Part shown: positions 1-9,430 of the stretch, piece after piece
How the letters are laid out: each line of letters opens with the position of its first letter
Position numbering within the stretch: position 1 is the first letter of the stretch
NCBI GenBank assembly: GCA_965221125.1
Contig: CBDCRW010000006.1
Coordinates: 576,001-640,000 of the forward strand
Origin: Alphaproteobacteria bacterium
GTDB taxonomy: Bacteria > Pseudomonadota > Alphaproteobacteria > UBA828
Direction of reading: 5' to 3'
DNA: 64,000 nucleotides
Program-made: the position numbers and the translations under genes
Notes under the pieces: model-generated
Databases searched by the model: none
Told to the model about the DNA's origin: nothing
The model's input: the letters and a program-made list of their open reading frames with translations, nothing else

Positions 1-1263
1 CGCATCGATGTTCTCGAGGCGGAGGCCGAAGGTGTCGAGGCGGCCCGCCTCGTCCATATCGCCCATCTCCGCACTGGTCTCGACGGGTGGAGCCGCGTTG
101 GCGATCGCCGCCGTGACCTCCACGGTCTCGCCATCACGCCAGACGGTGAGCGCGGCAGAGGTGCCCGCGTCGATGGCGGAAATCATCCGGGTCAACGCCC
201 GCGTGTCTTCGACGGAGGCCTGATCCACGGCGATGATGACGTCGCCGGTCTCCAGCCCCGCCAGAGCGGCCGGGCTCTCCGGCTGCACGTGGGCGATGAT
301 CGCGCCCTCCGCGCTCTCCAGCCCGAGGCTCGCCGCAATGTCTTCGGTGACCGGCTGGATGTGGACACCGAGCCATCCGCGCATGACGCGGCCGTGGGTC
401 TTGAGGTCGTCCACGACGAGCTTGGCCGTCGCGGCCGGGATCGCGAAGCCGATGCCGACGTTGCCGCCGGTGGGAGAAACGATCGACGTGTTCACCCCGA
501 TGACCTCGCCGTGCAGGTTGACGGCAGGGCCGCCAGAGTTACCGCGATTGATCGGCGCGTCGATCTGCAGGTGGTCCAGGTAGGGGTTGGGGCCGGTGCC
601 GCGCCCGCGCGCGGAGACGATGCCGAAGGTCGCGGTCTTGCCGACGCCGAAGGGATTGCCGACGGCGACCACCCAGTCGCCGACGCGGGTGCTGTCGTCG
701 GCGGCGAAGGGCACGGTCGGCAGCGGCTCCTCGCTGTCTACCCGGAGCAGCGCAAGGTCGGTCCGCGTATCCTGGCCGACGATCTCGGCATCGAGCCGGC
801 TGCCGTCGTCGAGAATCACGGTCACGGTCTCGGCATTATCGATCACGTGATTGCTGGTCACGATGTAACCCTCGGCGTCGACGATGAAGCCGGAGCCGAT
901 GCCGCCGCTCGGCATCAATGAGCCGGGACCGAAGTCCGGCGTAAAGCCGAAGCGCTCCGCAAAATCCTCGCCGAAGAAGCGCTTGAAGTGCTCCGGCACG
1001 CGCGGGCCCTGCCCGTGCTGGGCGGTGAACGACGGGCGGGCCTTGTGCATGACCTCGATCGAGACCACAGCCGGGCTCACCGCCTCCACCACGCCGGCGA
1101 GGCTGGGCGTCGCCAGCACGTGATCGACCGTCGCAGGCGGTGTGACCGCCGTGGCCGTCTTGAGCGACGTGGCCAGGCCGCCGCCGGCCACTGCGATCAT
1201 GCCGAGGCCCGCCAGGGCCGCGACGATGACCATTCGTTTGCGTTGCGCCGATAGCGTGCTCAT
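1..1263 (-). CDS. degP: Periplasmic serine endoprotease, DegP/HtrA (Do) family; 3' end runs off the window
   Basis: Not in the ORF track because there is no stop in the window. Manual translation from ATG at 1263 gives a signal/TM segment, GSGFIV..GYIVTSNHV (His), TDLALL (Asp), QIDAPINRGNSGGP (Ser), then PDZ sequence RGWLGVHIQPV. Confidence 0.93.
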   Translation of the reverse strand, partial: MSTLSAQRKRMVIVAALAGLGMIAVAGGGLATSLKTATAVTPPATVDHVLATPSLAGVVEAVSPAVVSIEVMHKARPSFTAQHGQGPRVPEHFKRFFGEDFAERFGFTPDFGPGSLMPSGGIGSGFIVDAEGYIVTSNHVIDNAETVTVILDDGSRLDAEIVGQDTRTDLALLRVDSEEPLPTVPFAADDSTRVGDWVVAVGNPFGVGKTATFGIVSARGRGTGPNPYLDHLQIDAPINRGNSGGPAVNLHGEVIGVNTSIVSPTGGNVGIGFAIPAATAKLVVDDLKTHGRVMRGWLGVHIQPVTEDIAASLGLESAEGAIIAHVQPESPAALAGLETGDVIIAVDQASVEDTRALTRMISAIDAGTSAALTVWRDGETVEVTAAIANAAPPVETSAEMGDMDEAGRLDTFGLRLENIDA

Positions 1264-1386
1264 CGTTTCCTCACTTGCCGTTGCCGTGTTTCGCAGCGGC
1301 CGAAGGCGGGCCGCAGCCCTTCTATGGCAGGGCAAGCTGTCACCACGATGGACGCTTGGTTAACTCTTCGTCATGATTCGGGGGTC

Positions 1387-1788
1387 ATGATTCGGTTCGG
1401 GTATTCGGCGCTGAAGCGGGGTCCTTCGGCGGTGGGCGACCGGCTCCGGCCCTGCTCACTCTGGAACAACTGCGTCTGTAGTGAAGAGGGCGCCGCACCC
1501 CGGCACCGCATCGAGCCCTTTGCCGCGCCCGTCGACCCGGAGGCCGTCTTCGCTCGGCTGAAGACCCTGGTGGCGGCCATGGAGCGGACAACCGTGATCG
1601 ACGAAACGGACGAATACCTGTACGCGGTCTGCCGCTGGTTGTTCGGCTTCGCCGATGACCTCGAATGCCGCCTGCACGCTGCAGAAGGCGTGATCCACGT
1701 GCGCTCTCACGCGCGTTTGGGCGTTTTCGACCACCACGTGAACCGAAAGCGCGTCGAGGCGCTGCGTCAGAAACTCCGGAGCGCGTGA
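1387..1788 (+). CDS. DUF1499 family protein
   Basis: RLRPC...NCVCS, YLYAVCR..FGFADDLE, IHVRS.ARLG.FD..VNRKRVEALR pattern. Start at ATG 1387 preferred over 1324. Confidence 0.8.
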   Translation: MIRFGYSALKRGPSAVGDRLRPCSLWNNCVCSEEGAAPRHRIEPFAAPVDPEAVFARLKTLVAAMERTTVIDETDEYLYAVCRWLFGFADDLECRLHAAEGVIHVRSHARLGVFDHHVNRKRVEALRQKLRSA

Positions 1789-1815
1789 GCCGCGCAACCC
1801 GTCCGCGCGGCCCGC

Positions 1816-3201
1816 TCAGACGGCCGGTGCCGGAAAGGTCACGGTCACGCGAAGGCCGCCCAACGGGCTCTCGTCGAGCACGAGCGTGACCCGGTGCAGG
1901 GTGGCGACGCCTGCGACAAGGCTGAGCCCGAGGCCGCTGCCGCCGCCGGTGCGGCTCGCGTCGAGGCGGACGAAGCGTTGCAGCACGCGCTCCCGCTCCT
2001 CCGGCGGGATTCCGGGGCCCGAATCCTCGACCGTGAGCCGCACCCCGCCTCCGTCATCGGGCGCGAGGCTCACCCCGATCCGGCCCTCGGGCGTGTGGGC
2101 GAGCGCGTTGTCGAGCAGGTTGGCGACGAGCTGGGAGAGGAATTCGGCGTGGCCGGACACGGGCTGCGTCTCGTCCAGCGTGGACTCGATGGCGAGACCC
2201 TTCTGCTCGGCGAGCGGGGCATAGAGCTCGACCATGTCTGCGACGATGGCGCCGAGGTCCACGGGCACCAGGGCGATGCCGGCCTTGCCCGATTCGGCGC
2301 GGGCAATTTCCATCAGAGTGGCGAAGGTGCGCAGGATGGCGTCGGTCTCCGCGATGGCGCGTTCGAGGGCGGCGCGGCGGCCGTGCTCGTCCGCCGGGCC
2401 CTCGCTGAGCGCCAGCTCCAGCCGCGATTTCAGCCGCGTCAGCGGGCTGCGCAGATCGTGCGCGACGCTGTCGGTCACCGTGCGCAGGCCCGTCATCAGC
2501 GTCTCGATCTCGTCCAGCATCTCGTTCACGGTGATGGAGAGGCGGTCGAACTCGTCGCCCACGCCCGTGACCGGCATGCGCCGCGAGAGATCGCCGCGCA
2601 CGATGCGCTGGCCGGTCTCGCGCACGGCATCGACCCGGCGCAGCATGCGGCGGCTCATGACGAGGCCGCCGAGGAGACCCAGGACGAGCGTGATCCCGAG
2701 CGCGCCGCCGAGAGATTCCAGGATCACTCCTTCGAACACCGCCCTGCCGCGGGGGTCGCGGCCGACGAGCAGCCGGAAGCCGCCGGGCAGCACGAAGGTG
2801 CGGGCGCGGATGGTGCCGCCAGCGTCCTCGTCGTCCGCCCGCCGCGCCGAGACCTCGACCCAGCCGTCCTCCGCGCCGGCGGCCTCGCGCGGCCATGCGC
2901 TGAGGTTGCCGGCGAGCCGCCGCAGTCCGGGATCGGCGAGTAGGTAGACGCTGTCCGGATCGCCGTAGGGGCCGCTTCGCTCCTCGATGACGGCGACCAG
3001 CTGGCGCATGCCCCGCGCCCGGTACTGCTCGGCGAGGCCGCGAACCTCGGCCTCGATGGTGTCCGAGGTCTGACTGTCGATGACTCGCACGGTCGTCCAG
3101 TAGATGAAGGCGAGCAGCACCAAGACCGAGGCGCCGAAGAGGGCGACGTAGAGAAGCGAAAGCCGGAACGTCGACGTCCGGAGCAGTCTAGTCGCCGGCA
3201 C
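1816..3201 (-). CDS. HAMP-domain sensor histidine kinase
   Basis: Two TM segments, HAMP, H-box AHDLRSPLTRL, N-box NLLDNA, G-boxes DSGPGI and GSGLGL. GTG start overlaps the response regulator stop. Confidence 0.95.
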   Translation of the reverse strand: MPATRLLRTSTFRLSLLYVALFGASVLVLLAFIYWTTVRVIDSQTSDTIEAEVRGLAEQYRARGMRQLVAVIEERSGPYGDPDSVYLLADPGLRRLAGNLSAWPREAAGAEDGWVEVSARRADDEDAGGTIRARTFVLPGGFRLLVGRDPRGRAVFEGVILESLGGALGITLVLGLLGGLVMSRRMLRRVDAVRETGQRIVRGDLSRRMPVTGVGDEFDRLSITVNEMLDEIETLMTGLRTVTDSVAHDLRSPLTRLKSRLELALSEGPADEHGRRAALERAIAETDAILRTFATLMEIARAESGKAGIALVPVDLGAIVADMVELYAPLAEQKGLAIESTLDETQPVSGHAEFLSQLVANLLDNALAHTPEGRIGVSLAPDDGGGVRLTVEDSGPGIPPEERERVLQRFVRLDASRTGGGSGLGLSLVAGVATLHRVTLVLDESPLGGLRVTVTFPAPAV

Positions 3202-3892
3202 GTCCCGCTTCCTCGCGCGAGGGCGCACGAAAGCAGTACCCCACGCCGCGCACGGTGTGGATCAGGGGCGCCTCGAAGCCCTTGTCGATCTTGCCGCGGA
3301 GCCGGCTCACGTGAACGTCGATCACGTTGGTCTGCGGGTCGAAGTGATAGCCCCAGACGTGCTCCAGCAGCATCGTGCGGGTGACGACTTGGCCGGCGTG
3401 GCGCATGAGGTACGCGAGCAGGGTGAACTCGCGCGGTTGCAGGGCGATCTCGCGGCCCGCGCGCCGCACCACCCGGGCCAGCAGGTCCATCTCGAGATCG
3501 GCAAGGCTGAGGCGCGTCTCGCCGGCGGCGTCGCCTGCGCGCCGCGTCAGCGCCTCGAGCCGCGCCATGAGCTCGGAGAAGGCGAAGGGCTTGGTCAGGT
3601 AGTCGTCGCCGCCGGCCCTCAGCCCTTCGACCCGGTCGTCCACCTGGGCGAGCGCGCTCAGGATGAGCACCGGCGTGCGCCGCCCCTTGCGCCGCAGCGT
3701 CTCGATCAGCGCGAGACCGTCGAGGCCCGGCAGCATGCGGTCGACCACGAGGGCGTCGAAGCGGTTGTCGAGCGCGAGCGCGAGCCCGTCCGCCCCGTCG
3801 TGGACGAGCTCGACCACATGGCCGCTCTCGCTCAGGCCCTTCTCGAGGTAGCGGGCGGCCTCCACGTCGTCTTCGACGACCAGCACGTGCAT
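3188..3892 (-). CDS. OmpR/PhoB-family response regulator
   Basis: VLVVEDD, VVDRMLPGLDG, DDYLTKPF and winged helix ..NVIDVHVSRLRGKID..HTVRGVGY. Confidence 0.96.
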   Translation of the reverse strand: MHVLVVEDDVEAARYLEKGLSESGHVVELVHDGADGLALALDNRFDALVVDRMLPGLDGLALIETLRRKGRRTPVLILSALAQVDDRVEGLRAGGDDYLTKPFAFSELMARLEALTRRAGDAAGETRLSLADLEMDLLARVVRRAGREIALQPREFTLLAYLMRHAGQVVTRTMLLEHVWGYHFDPQTNVIDVHVSRLRGKIDKGFEAPLIHTVRGVGYCFRAPSREEAGRAGD

Positions 3893-4079
3893 GGTTGCAA
3901 CCTTGGCAGGCCGCGCGCTGCGATCAAGGGCCTCGCAGCACCCTCAACACATTGTGTGCCGCGCGGCACTTCGGCTGCTGGCCTTGAATGGACCATCGAC
4001 CGTGCCCGCCTTGCCGCGATGCCAGCGCAACAGATCGCCCGCTGCCCGGAAGCGGCAAGTCCGGCTCGTCGAAACACGA

Positions 4080-4255
4080 CAGAAAATCCTGCGCCGTCAA
4101 CGCGCCAAGCCCAACCTCGTGACCCAACTCAAAGTCCAGACGAGACCCAGACACCCAAATCCCCCCACTCTCACCCACAAGGTGAAACCCCCCGAACCCA
4201 TAACCCGAAGAAGCAAGACGTCAATCCCAGGACACAACAGGATCCACTCTGGGAA
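4080..4255 (-). pseudogene. Degraded, strongly strand-skewed gene fragment (tentative)
   Basis: Hand count over 4111-4250 on the + strand gives C58 A48 G20 T14. The minus-strand frame has G/C/T third positions and one in-frame TGA at 4221-4223. Confidence 0.35.
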
Positions 4256-4311
4256 TGAGGGCGGGACGTGCTCCTTGCGCGGGCGGGCCGGCGGGATACT
4301 CTGCAGGGACC

Positions 4312-4995
4312 ATGAAGAAGGCCCACGTCACCGCGTTCTTCGAGCGTCTCGCCGCGCACATCGAGGCGCCGACCACCGAGCTCGAGTACCGGAACCCCTA
4401 TACGCTCCTGGTTGCTGTGGTTCTGTCCGCGCAGGCGACCGACAAGGGCGTCAACAAGGCGACTAGGGCTCTCTTCGCCGAGGTCGAGACGCCGGCCGCG
4501 ATGGTTGCGCTCGGCGAGGCGCGGCTCAAGGAGCACATCAAGACCATCGGCCTCTTCAACATGAAGGCCAAGAACGTGATCGCGCTCAGCAAGGCGCTGG
4601 TGGACGAGCACGGCGGCGCGGTGCCGAACGACCGGACGGCGCTGGAGGCGCTCCCCGGGGTCGGCCGCAAGACCGCGAACGTGGTGCTCAACACGGTCTT
4701 CGGCGAGCCCACCATCGCGGTGGACACTCACATCTTCCGGCTCGCGAACCGGAGCGGGCTTGCGCCCGGAAAGACGCCGCGCCAGGTGGAGGATGGACTC
4801 AACCGCGTCGTGCCCCAGCGCTTCAAGCAGCACGCGCACCACTGGCTGATCCTGCACGGCCGCTACGTCTGCAAGGCGCGCACGCCAGATTGCCCAGCCT
4901 GCGTGGTGCACGATCTCTGCCGCTACAAGGGTAAGACGACAGCGGAGGCTGCCCCGCCATCACGGAGCAAAGGCAAGAAGGCTAAATCGGCTTAG
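4312..4995 (+). CDS. nth: Endonuclease III
   Basis: LVAVVLSAQATD, HhH LPGVGRKTANVV, AVDTHIFR, and Fe-S motif C-x6-C-x2-C-x5-C. Confidence 0.97.
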   Translation: MKKAHVTAFFERLAAHIEAPTTELEYRNPYTLLVAVVLSAQATDKGVNKATRALFAEVETPAAMVALGEARLKEHIKTIGLFNMKAKNVIALSKALVDEHGGAVPNDRTALEALPGVGRKTANVVLNTVFGEPTIAVDTHIFRLANRSGLAPGKTPRQVEDGLNRVVPQRFKQHAHHWLILHGRYVCKARTPDCPACVVHDLCRYKGKTTAEAAPPSRSKGKKAKSA

Positions 4996-5019
4996 GTTGA
5001 GGCGGCTGCGGCGGGCGGC

Positions 5020-5613
5020 TTAGTCCCCCTGCGACGCCGCCTGCGCTTCTTCTTCGGGCGCGGCCAGCGCGACCGGCTGCAAATCGGCCTCGCGATCCGC
5101 CGGATCGTACTCGGACTTCCCTTCCATGCGACCGCCGCGCTCGATCTCGAGCTGGCCGTAGCGGACGGTTCCCGAAACGCGGCCGGAGGCCCGGATGAAG
5201 AGCCGCCTCTTCACCTTGAGCTCGCCCTCGAACAGCCCGGCGATATCGGCGCTGTCCACCGTCACGGTGCCCTTGAAGACGCCGCCCTTCACGATCTCGA
5301 GCAGGCGTCCGTCCGGCATCGAGGCTTCAACGGTTCCCTCGACGGTGAGCCGCTCGCAATCGAGGACGGTGCCGCCGCTGATGGTGGTCTCGCGCCCGAC
5401 GGTGAGCCGCTTGGGATCGCTCTCCACCCGGCCCGGTGCATCGGCCGGCGCGGGATCAGGCGCGCCGCGCGGCACGTCAGGGTGGAAGACGACGGTCTTG
5501 CTCGGCACCCCGCGCCGCGTCGCTTCGACGACAACGGTCGGCGCGACACGCTCATCGCCGCCCTCTTGGCTCCGACCTTCCTCTTCCTGGTCTCCGCCCT
5601 TGCGCCGGAACAT
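5020..5613 (-). CDS. Bactofilin / polymer-forming cytoskeletal protein
   Basis: Beta-helix repeats LTVGRETTISGG..LTVEGTVE..LEIVKGGVFKGTV..ADIAGLFEGEL..GRVSGTVRYGQLEIERGG. Confidence 0.88.
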   Translation of the reverse strand: MFRRKGGDQEEEGRSQEGGDERVAPTVVVEATRRGVPSKTVVFHPDVPRGAPDPAPADAPGRVESDPKRLTVGRETTISGGTVLDCERLTVEGTVEASMPDGRLLEIVKGGVFKGTVTVDSADIAGLFEGELKVKRRLFIRASGRVSGTVRYGQLEIERGGRMEGKSEYDPADREADLQPVALAAPEEEAQAASQGD

Positions 5614-5835
5614 CTTTCCCTCCGCCCTCTGATTGCGGAACTGCTGGCGGTGCTGGCTGGTTCAGGACCAATCCCAGACAGTAGAGCGAGACCCTCGCCC
5701 ACGCAAACGAATTAGGGTCCCTCCCGCTGGATCGCTGGTGCGCCCCGTGCCACCATGACCCGCCCTCGGCGCCGGTTTCCGCCGGTGCGGGCGCAAGGGG
5801 CGGCAGGATTCTTCCACACGTCGCGGGATGGCGGC

Positions 5836-6600
5836 ATGGCAGCTGAGCGCCAGCGGTCCGGCGAGCGCATCGCCAAGCGAATCGCGCGCGCCGGGCTCTG
5901 CTCCCGCCGCGACGCGGAGCGGCTGATCGCCGCCGGCCGTGTGGCGCTCGGCGGCAAGGTCGTGCGGGACCCGGCGATCAACGTCGATGAGGCGAGCGTT
6001 ATCACCGTGGACGGCGCGCCGCTCCCGGCCGCGACGCCGACCCGGCTCTGGCGCTATCACAAGCCGACCGGCCTCATCACCAGCCACCGGGATCCGCAAG
6101 GGCGGCCGACCGTGTTCGAGAAGGTGACGGAGCGGCTCGGCTACGTGGTCTCGGTCGGTCGGCTCGATTTCAACTCCGAGGGGTTGTTGCTCCTGACGAA
6201 CGACGGGGCGCTTGCGCGGGAGCTGGAGCACCCATCGCGCGGCTGGCGGCGGCGCTACCGAGCCCGGGTGCGGGGTGAGCCCGACGAGGACGCGCTCGCC
6301 GCCCTGGAACGAGGCATTACCGTCGACGGCGTCCGCTACGGGCCGATCCAGGCGCAGCTCGACCGGCAGAACCGGCAGAATGCGTGGCTTACGCTCTCGC
6401 TCACCGAGGGGCGCTACCGCGAGATCCGCATCGTGCTCGCACATCTCGGCCTCTCCGTGAACCGGCTGATCCGCACGGCCTACGGGCCGTTCCAGCTCGG
6501 CGGGCTTGCGCGCGGGGAGATCACCGAGATACCGCCCCGCGTGCTGCGCGAGCAGCTCGGCGGCAAGCGGCGTTCGTCCGGTGCGGATCGTCGGCGGTAG
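5836..6600 (+). CDS. rluB: rRNA pseudouridine synthase (RluB/RsuA family)
   Basis: S4 domain ERIAKRIARAGLCSRRDAE and catalytic VGRLDFNSEGLLLLTNDG. Confidence 0.92.
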   Translation: MAAERQRSGERIAKRIARAGLCSRRDAERLIAAGRVALGGKVVRDPAINVDEASVITVDGAPLPAATPTRLWRYHKPTGLITSHRDPQGRPTVFEKVTERLGYVVSVGRLDFNSEGLLLLTNDGALARELEHPSRGWRRRYRARVRGEPDEDALAALERGITVDGVRYGPIQAQLDRQNRQNAWLTLSLTEGRYREIRIVLAHLGLSVNRLIRTAYGPFQLGGLARGEITEIPPRVLREQLGGKRRSSGADRRR

Positions 6601-7144
6601 CCTGCGCGGCCGGCGCCTGCGCGCGCCGGCGGGCGTGCGGGTGCGGCCCACGGCCGAGCGGGTGCGCGAGGCGCTGTTCGATATCCTGCTGCATGGCGGG
6701 ATGCCGAAGCCGCTGGAGGGCGCCCGGGTGATCGATCTCTTCGCCGGCACCGGCGCGCTCGGCCTGGAGGCGCTCTCCCGCGGCGCGGCACATCTCACCG
6801 CCGTTGAAAGCGAGGCCGACGTGCGGGGCGTGCTGCGCGCCAATATCGAGGTCCTGGGCTGCACGGACCGGGCCACGGTCATCGCCGGTGACGCGACCCA
6901 GCTCTCCCAGGCCCTAGCGGCCTGCGATCTCGCGCTCCTCGACCCGCCGTGGCGCGCGGGCCTGGCCGTGCCGGCGCTGGGCGCGCTGGCGGGCGGCGGT
7001 TGGCTCGCCGAGGGTGCGACGGTCGTCGTCGAGCACGGCGCGGACGACCCCTTCGAGCCGCCGCCCCGGCTCATGCTGCGCAACAGCCGCCGCTATGGCA
7101 GGACCGCGCTGACGTTCCTCACGCCGGCGGCCGTGCGAACCTAA
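6581..7144 (+). CDS. rsmD: 16S rRNA (guanine966-N2)-methyltransferase
   Basis: GTG start, then RIVGGSLRGRRL, RPTAERVREALF, DLFAGTGALGLEALSRGA, DPPW, RRYGRT. Confidence 0.93.
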   Translation: MRIVGGSLRGRRLRAPAGVRVRPTAERVREALFDILLHGGMPKPLEGARVIDLFAGTGALGLEALSRGAAHLTAVESEADVRGVLRANIEVLGCTDRATVIAGDATQLSQALAACDLALLDPPWRAGLAVPALGALAGGGWLAEGATVVVEHGADDPFEPPPRLMLRNSRRYGRTALTFLTPAAVRT

Positions 7145-9048
7145 CCTTCCGCACCGCCGCCGTAGCCGAGCGGGCGGACGGCCTCGGCGATCTCGCCCAG
7201 GATCGCCGGGTCGTCGATGGTGGCCGGGGTCTTGTACGCCTCGCCGTCGGCGATCTTCGCAATGGTGCCCCGCAAAATCTTGCCCGAGCGGGTCTTGGGC
7301 AGGCGGTCCACCACCACCGCCTGCTTGAAGGCGGCGACCGGGCCGATGCTCTCGCGCACCATGCGCACCAGCTCCACGACGATCTCGTCGGGCGGCCGGT
7401 TGACGCCGGCCTTCAGCACGACGAAGCCCAGCGGGAGCTGCCCCTTCAGCGTGTCCGCCACACCGACGACGGCGCATTCCGCCACGTCCTGGTGCGCGGC
7501 CAGCACCTCTTCCATGGCGCCGGTGGAGAGCCGGTGGCCTGCGACGTTGATGATGTCGTCGGTGCGGCTCATGATCCAGAGATAGCCGTCCTCGTCGAGC
7601 ACGCCGGCATCGCCGGTCAGGTAGTAGCCGGGGAAGCGCGTGAAGTAGGCCTCCTCGAAGCGCTTGTCGTTGTTCCAGAGCGTCGGCGTGAAGCCCGGCG
7701 GCAACGGCTGCTTGACCACGATGGAGCCGATGCTGCCGGCCGGCACCTGCTCGCCCGCCTCGTCCACCACCTCGATGCGATAGCCCGGCACCGCCTTGGT
7801 GGGCGAGCCGGGCTTGACCGGCAGCGCGCCGAGGCCCGTGCAGTTGGCGCCCATGGGCCAGCCGGACTCGGTCTGCCACCAGTGGTCGTAGACCGGGCGC
7901 TGCAGGCTCTGCTCGGCCCAGGCGAGGGTGTCGGGGTCGGTCCGCTCGCCGGCGAGGAAGAGCGTGTCGAAGCAGGAGATGTCGTAGTCCGCGAGGAGGG
8001 CCGCATCCGGGTCGTCGCGCTTGATCGCGCGGAATGCCGTGGGCGCGGTGAACATGGCGCTCACCCCGTGCTGCGCGATCACCCGCCAGTAGGCGCCGGC
8101 ATCGGGCGTGCCGACGGGCTTGCCCTCATAGAGGATCGAGGGGCAGCCGTAGATGAGGGGCGCGTAGACGATGTAGGAGTGGCCGACCACCCAGCCGATG
8201 TCCGACGCCGCCCACCACACCTGGCCGGGTGAGCGGCCGTAGACGCCGTTCATGGTCCAGTGCAGCGCCACGAGATGCCCGCCGTTGTCACGGACGATGC
8301 CCTTGGGATCGCCCGTGGTGCCGGAGGTGTAGAGGATGTAGAGCGGGTCGGTCGCAGCGACGGGGACGCAGTCCACCGCCTCTGCCGCGGCCATCACGTC
8401 TGCCCAGGTCTCGTCGCGCCCGGCGGTGAGCGGCGCCTCGAGTTCGGGCCTTTGCACGACGATGCAGCGCTCGGGCTTGTGGCTCGCGCGCTCGATCGCT
8501 TCGTCCAGCAGCGGCTTGTAGGCGATGACGCGGTTGACCTCGATGCCGCAGGAGCCGGAGACGATGAGCTTGGGCTTGGCGTCGTCGATCCTGGTCGCCA
8601 GCTCGTTCGCCGCAAAGCCGCCGAACACCACGGAGTGAACGGCACCGATGCGCGCGCAGCCCAGCATCGCGACGGCGGCCTCCGGAATCATCGGCAGGTA
8701 AAGAACCACGCGGTCGCCCCGGCCGACGCCGCGCGCGGCAAGCGCGCCGGCGAAGCGCGCAGCGAGGTCCTGCAGCTCGGCATAGGTGAAGCTCGTCACG
8801 GTATCGGTAACGGGGCTGTCGTAGATCAGCGCCGTCTGTTCGCCCCGCCCCGCGTCCACGTGGCGATCCAGCGCGTTGTGGCAGGTGTTGACCTCCGCGC
8901 CGGGGAACCAGCGGAAGAAGGGCGCGTGCGAGCCGTCGAAGACGCGGTCCCACCGCTTTACCCAGTCGATGCCCTCGGCCGCCTCGGCCCAGAAGGCCTC
9001 GGGGTCTGCGAGCGAGCGGGAATAGGTCTCATCGTAGCGGCTCGTCAT
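7141..9048 (-). CDS. prpE: Propionyl-CoA synthetase (acyl-CoA synthetase)
   Basis: YILYTSGTTGDPKG, WAASDIGWVVGHSY, DHWWQTESGW, RTDDIINVAGHRLSTG, LPKTRSGKILR. Confidence 0.9.
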   Translation of the reverse strand: MTSRYDETYSRSLADPEAFWAEAAEGIDWVKRWDRVFDGSHAPFFRWFPGAEVNTCHNALDRHVDAGRGEQTALIYDSPVTDTVTSFTYAELQDLAARFAGALAARGVGRGDRVVLYLPMIPEAAVAMLGCARIGAVHSVVFGGFAANELATRIDDAKPKLIVSGSCGIEVNRVIAYKPLLDEAIERASHKPERCIVVQRPELEAPLTAGRDETWADVMAAAEAVDCVPVAATDPLYILYTSGTTGDPKGIVRDNGGHLVALHWTMNGVYGRSPGQVWWAASDIGWVVGHSYIVYAPLIYGCPSILYEGKPVGTPDAGAYWRVIAQHGVSAMFTAPTAFRAIKRDDPDAALLADYDISCFDTLFLAGERTDPDTLAWAEQSLQRPVYDHWWQTESGWPMGANCTGLGALPVKPGSPTKAVPGYRIEVVDEAGEQVPAGSIGSIVVKQPLPPGFTPTLWNNDKRFEEAYFTRFPGYYLTGDAGVLDEDGYLWIMSRTDDIINVAGHRLSTGAMEEVLAAHQDVAECAVVGVADTLKGQLPLGFVVLKAGVNRPPDEIVVELVRMVRESIGPVAAFKQAVVVDRLPKTRSGKILRGTIAKIADGEAYKTPATIDDPAILGEIAEAVRPLGYGGGAEG

Positions 9049-9163
9049 GGGGCGGATCCCGGTCGGTGATGGCGCCGCCGATATTGGCGCGCGCTCGCGG
9101 GCCGGGCAAGCGGCTGTGCCGGGTGGCGGCTCTCTCCGAATGCGCCCAGGCGAAGGCCGCCGA

Positions 9164-9430
9164 TCACCGCGTTCTCCGGCGGTAGGCTTCGCGGCGGTGG
9201 GCGGCGCGCAGGACGAGCACGACCAGATCCTGCTCCCGCACCTCGTAGATCAGCCGGTAGTCGCCGACCCGGATGCGCCTGAGCCCCCGCAGCTCCCCCT
9301 TGAGCGCGCTGCCCGCGAACGGGTTCTCGGCCAGCCGGTCGATGGCCGCGATGAGGCGCTCCCGGTCGGACCTCTCGATGCGCTGCAACTCCCGTGCTGC
9401 GCTCTCCTTAATCCGTATCGCGCAGCGCAT
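9164..9430 (-). CDS. Type II toxin, RelE/ParE family
   Basis: 88 aa with LKGELRGLRRIRVGDYRLIYEV...HRREAY. Start overlaps the antitoxin stop. Confidence 0.92.
   Translation of the reverse strand: MRCAIRIKESAARELQRIERSDRERLIAAIDRLAENPFAGSALKGELRGLRRIRVGDYRLIYEVREQDLVVLVLRAAHRREAYRRRTR

Noticed and set aside
3928-3946. GCAGCACCCTC resembling an IS terminal repeat
   Set aside because: No matching partner end, target duplication or transposase sequence was found.
4080-4255. Possible DGR template repeat or CRISPR array
   Set aside because: No second copy, reverse transcriptase, AAC-codon pattern or regularly spaced repeats in the window.
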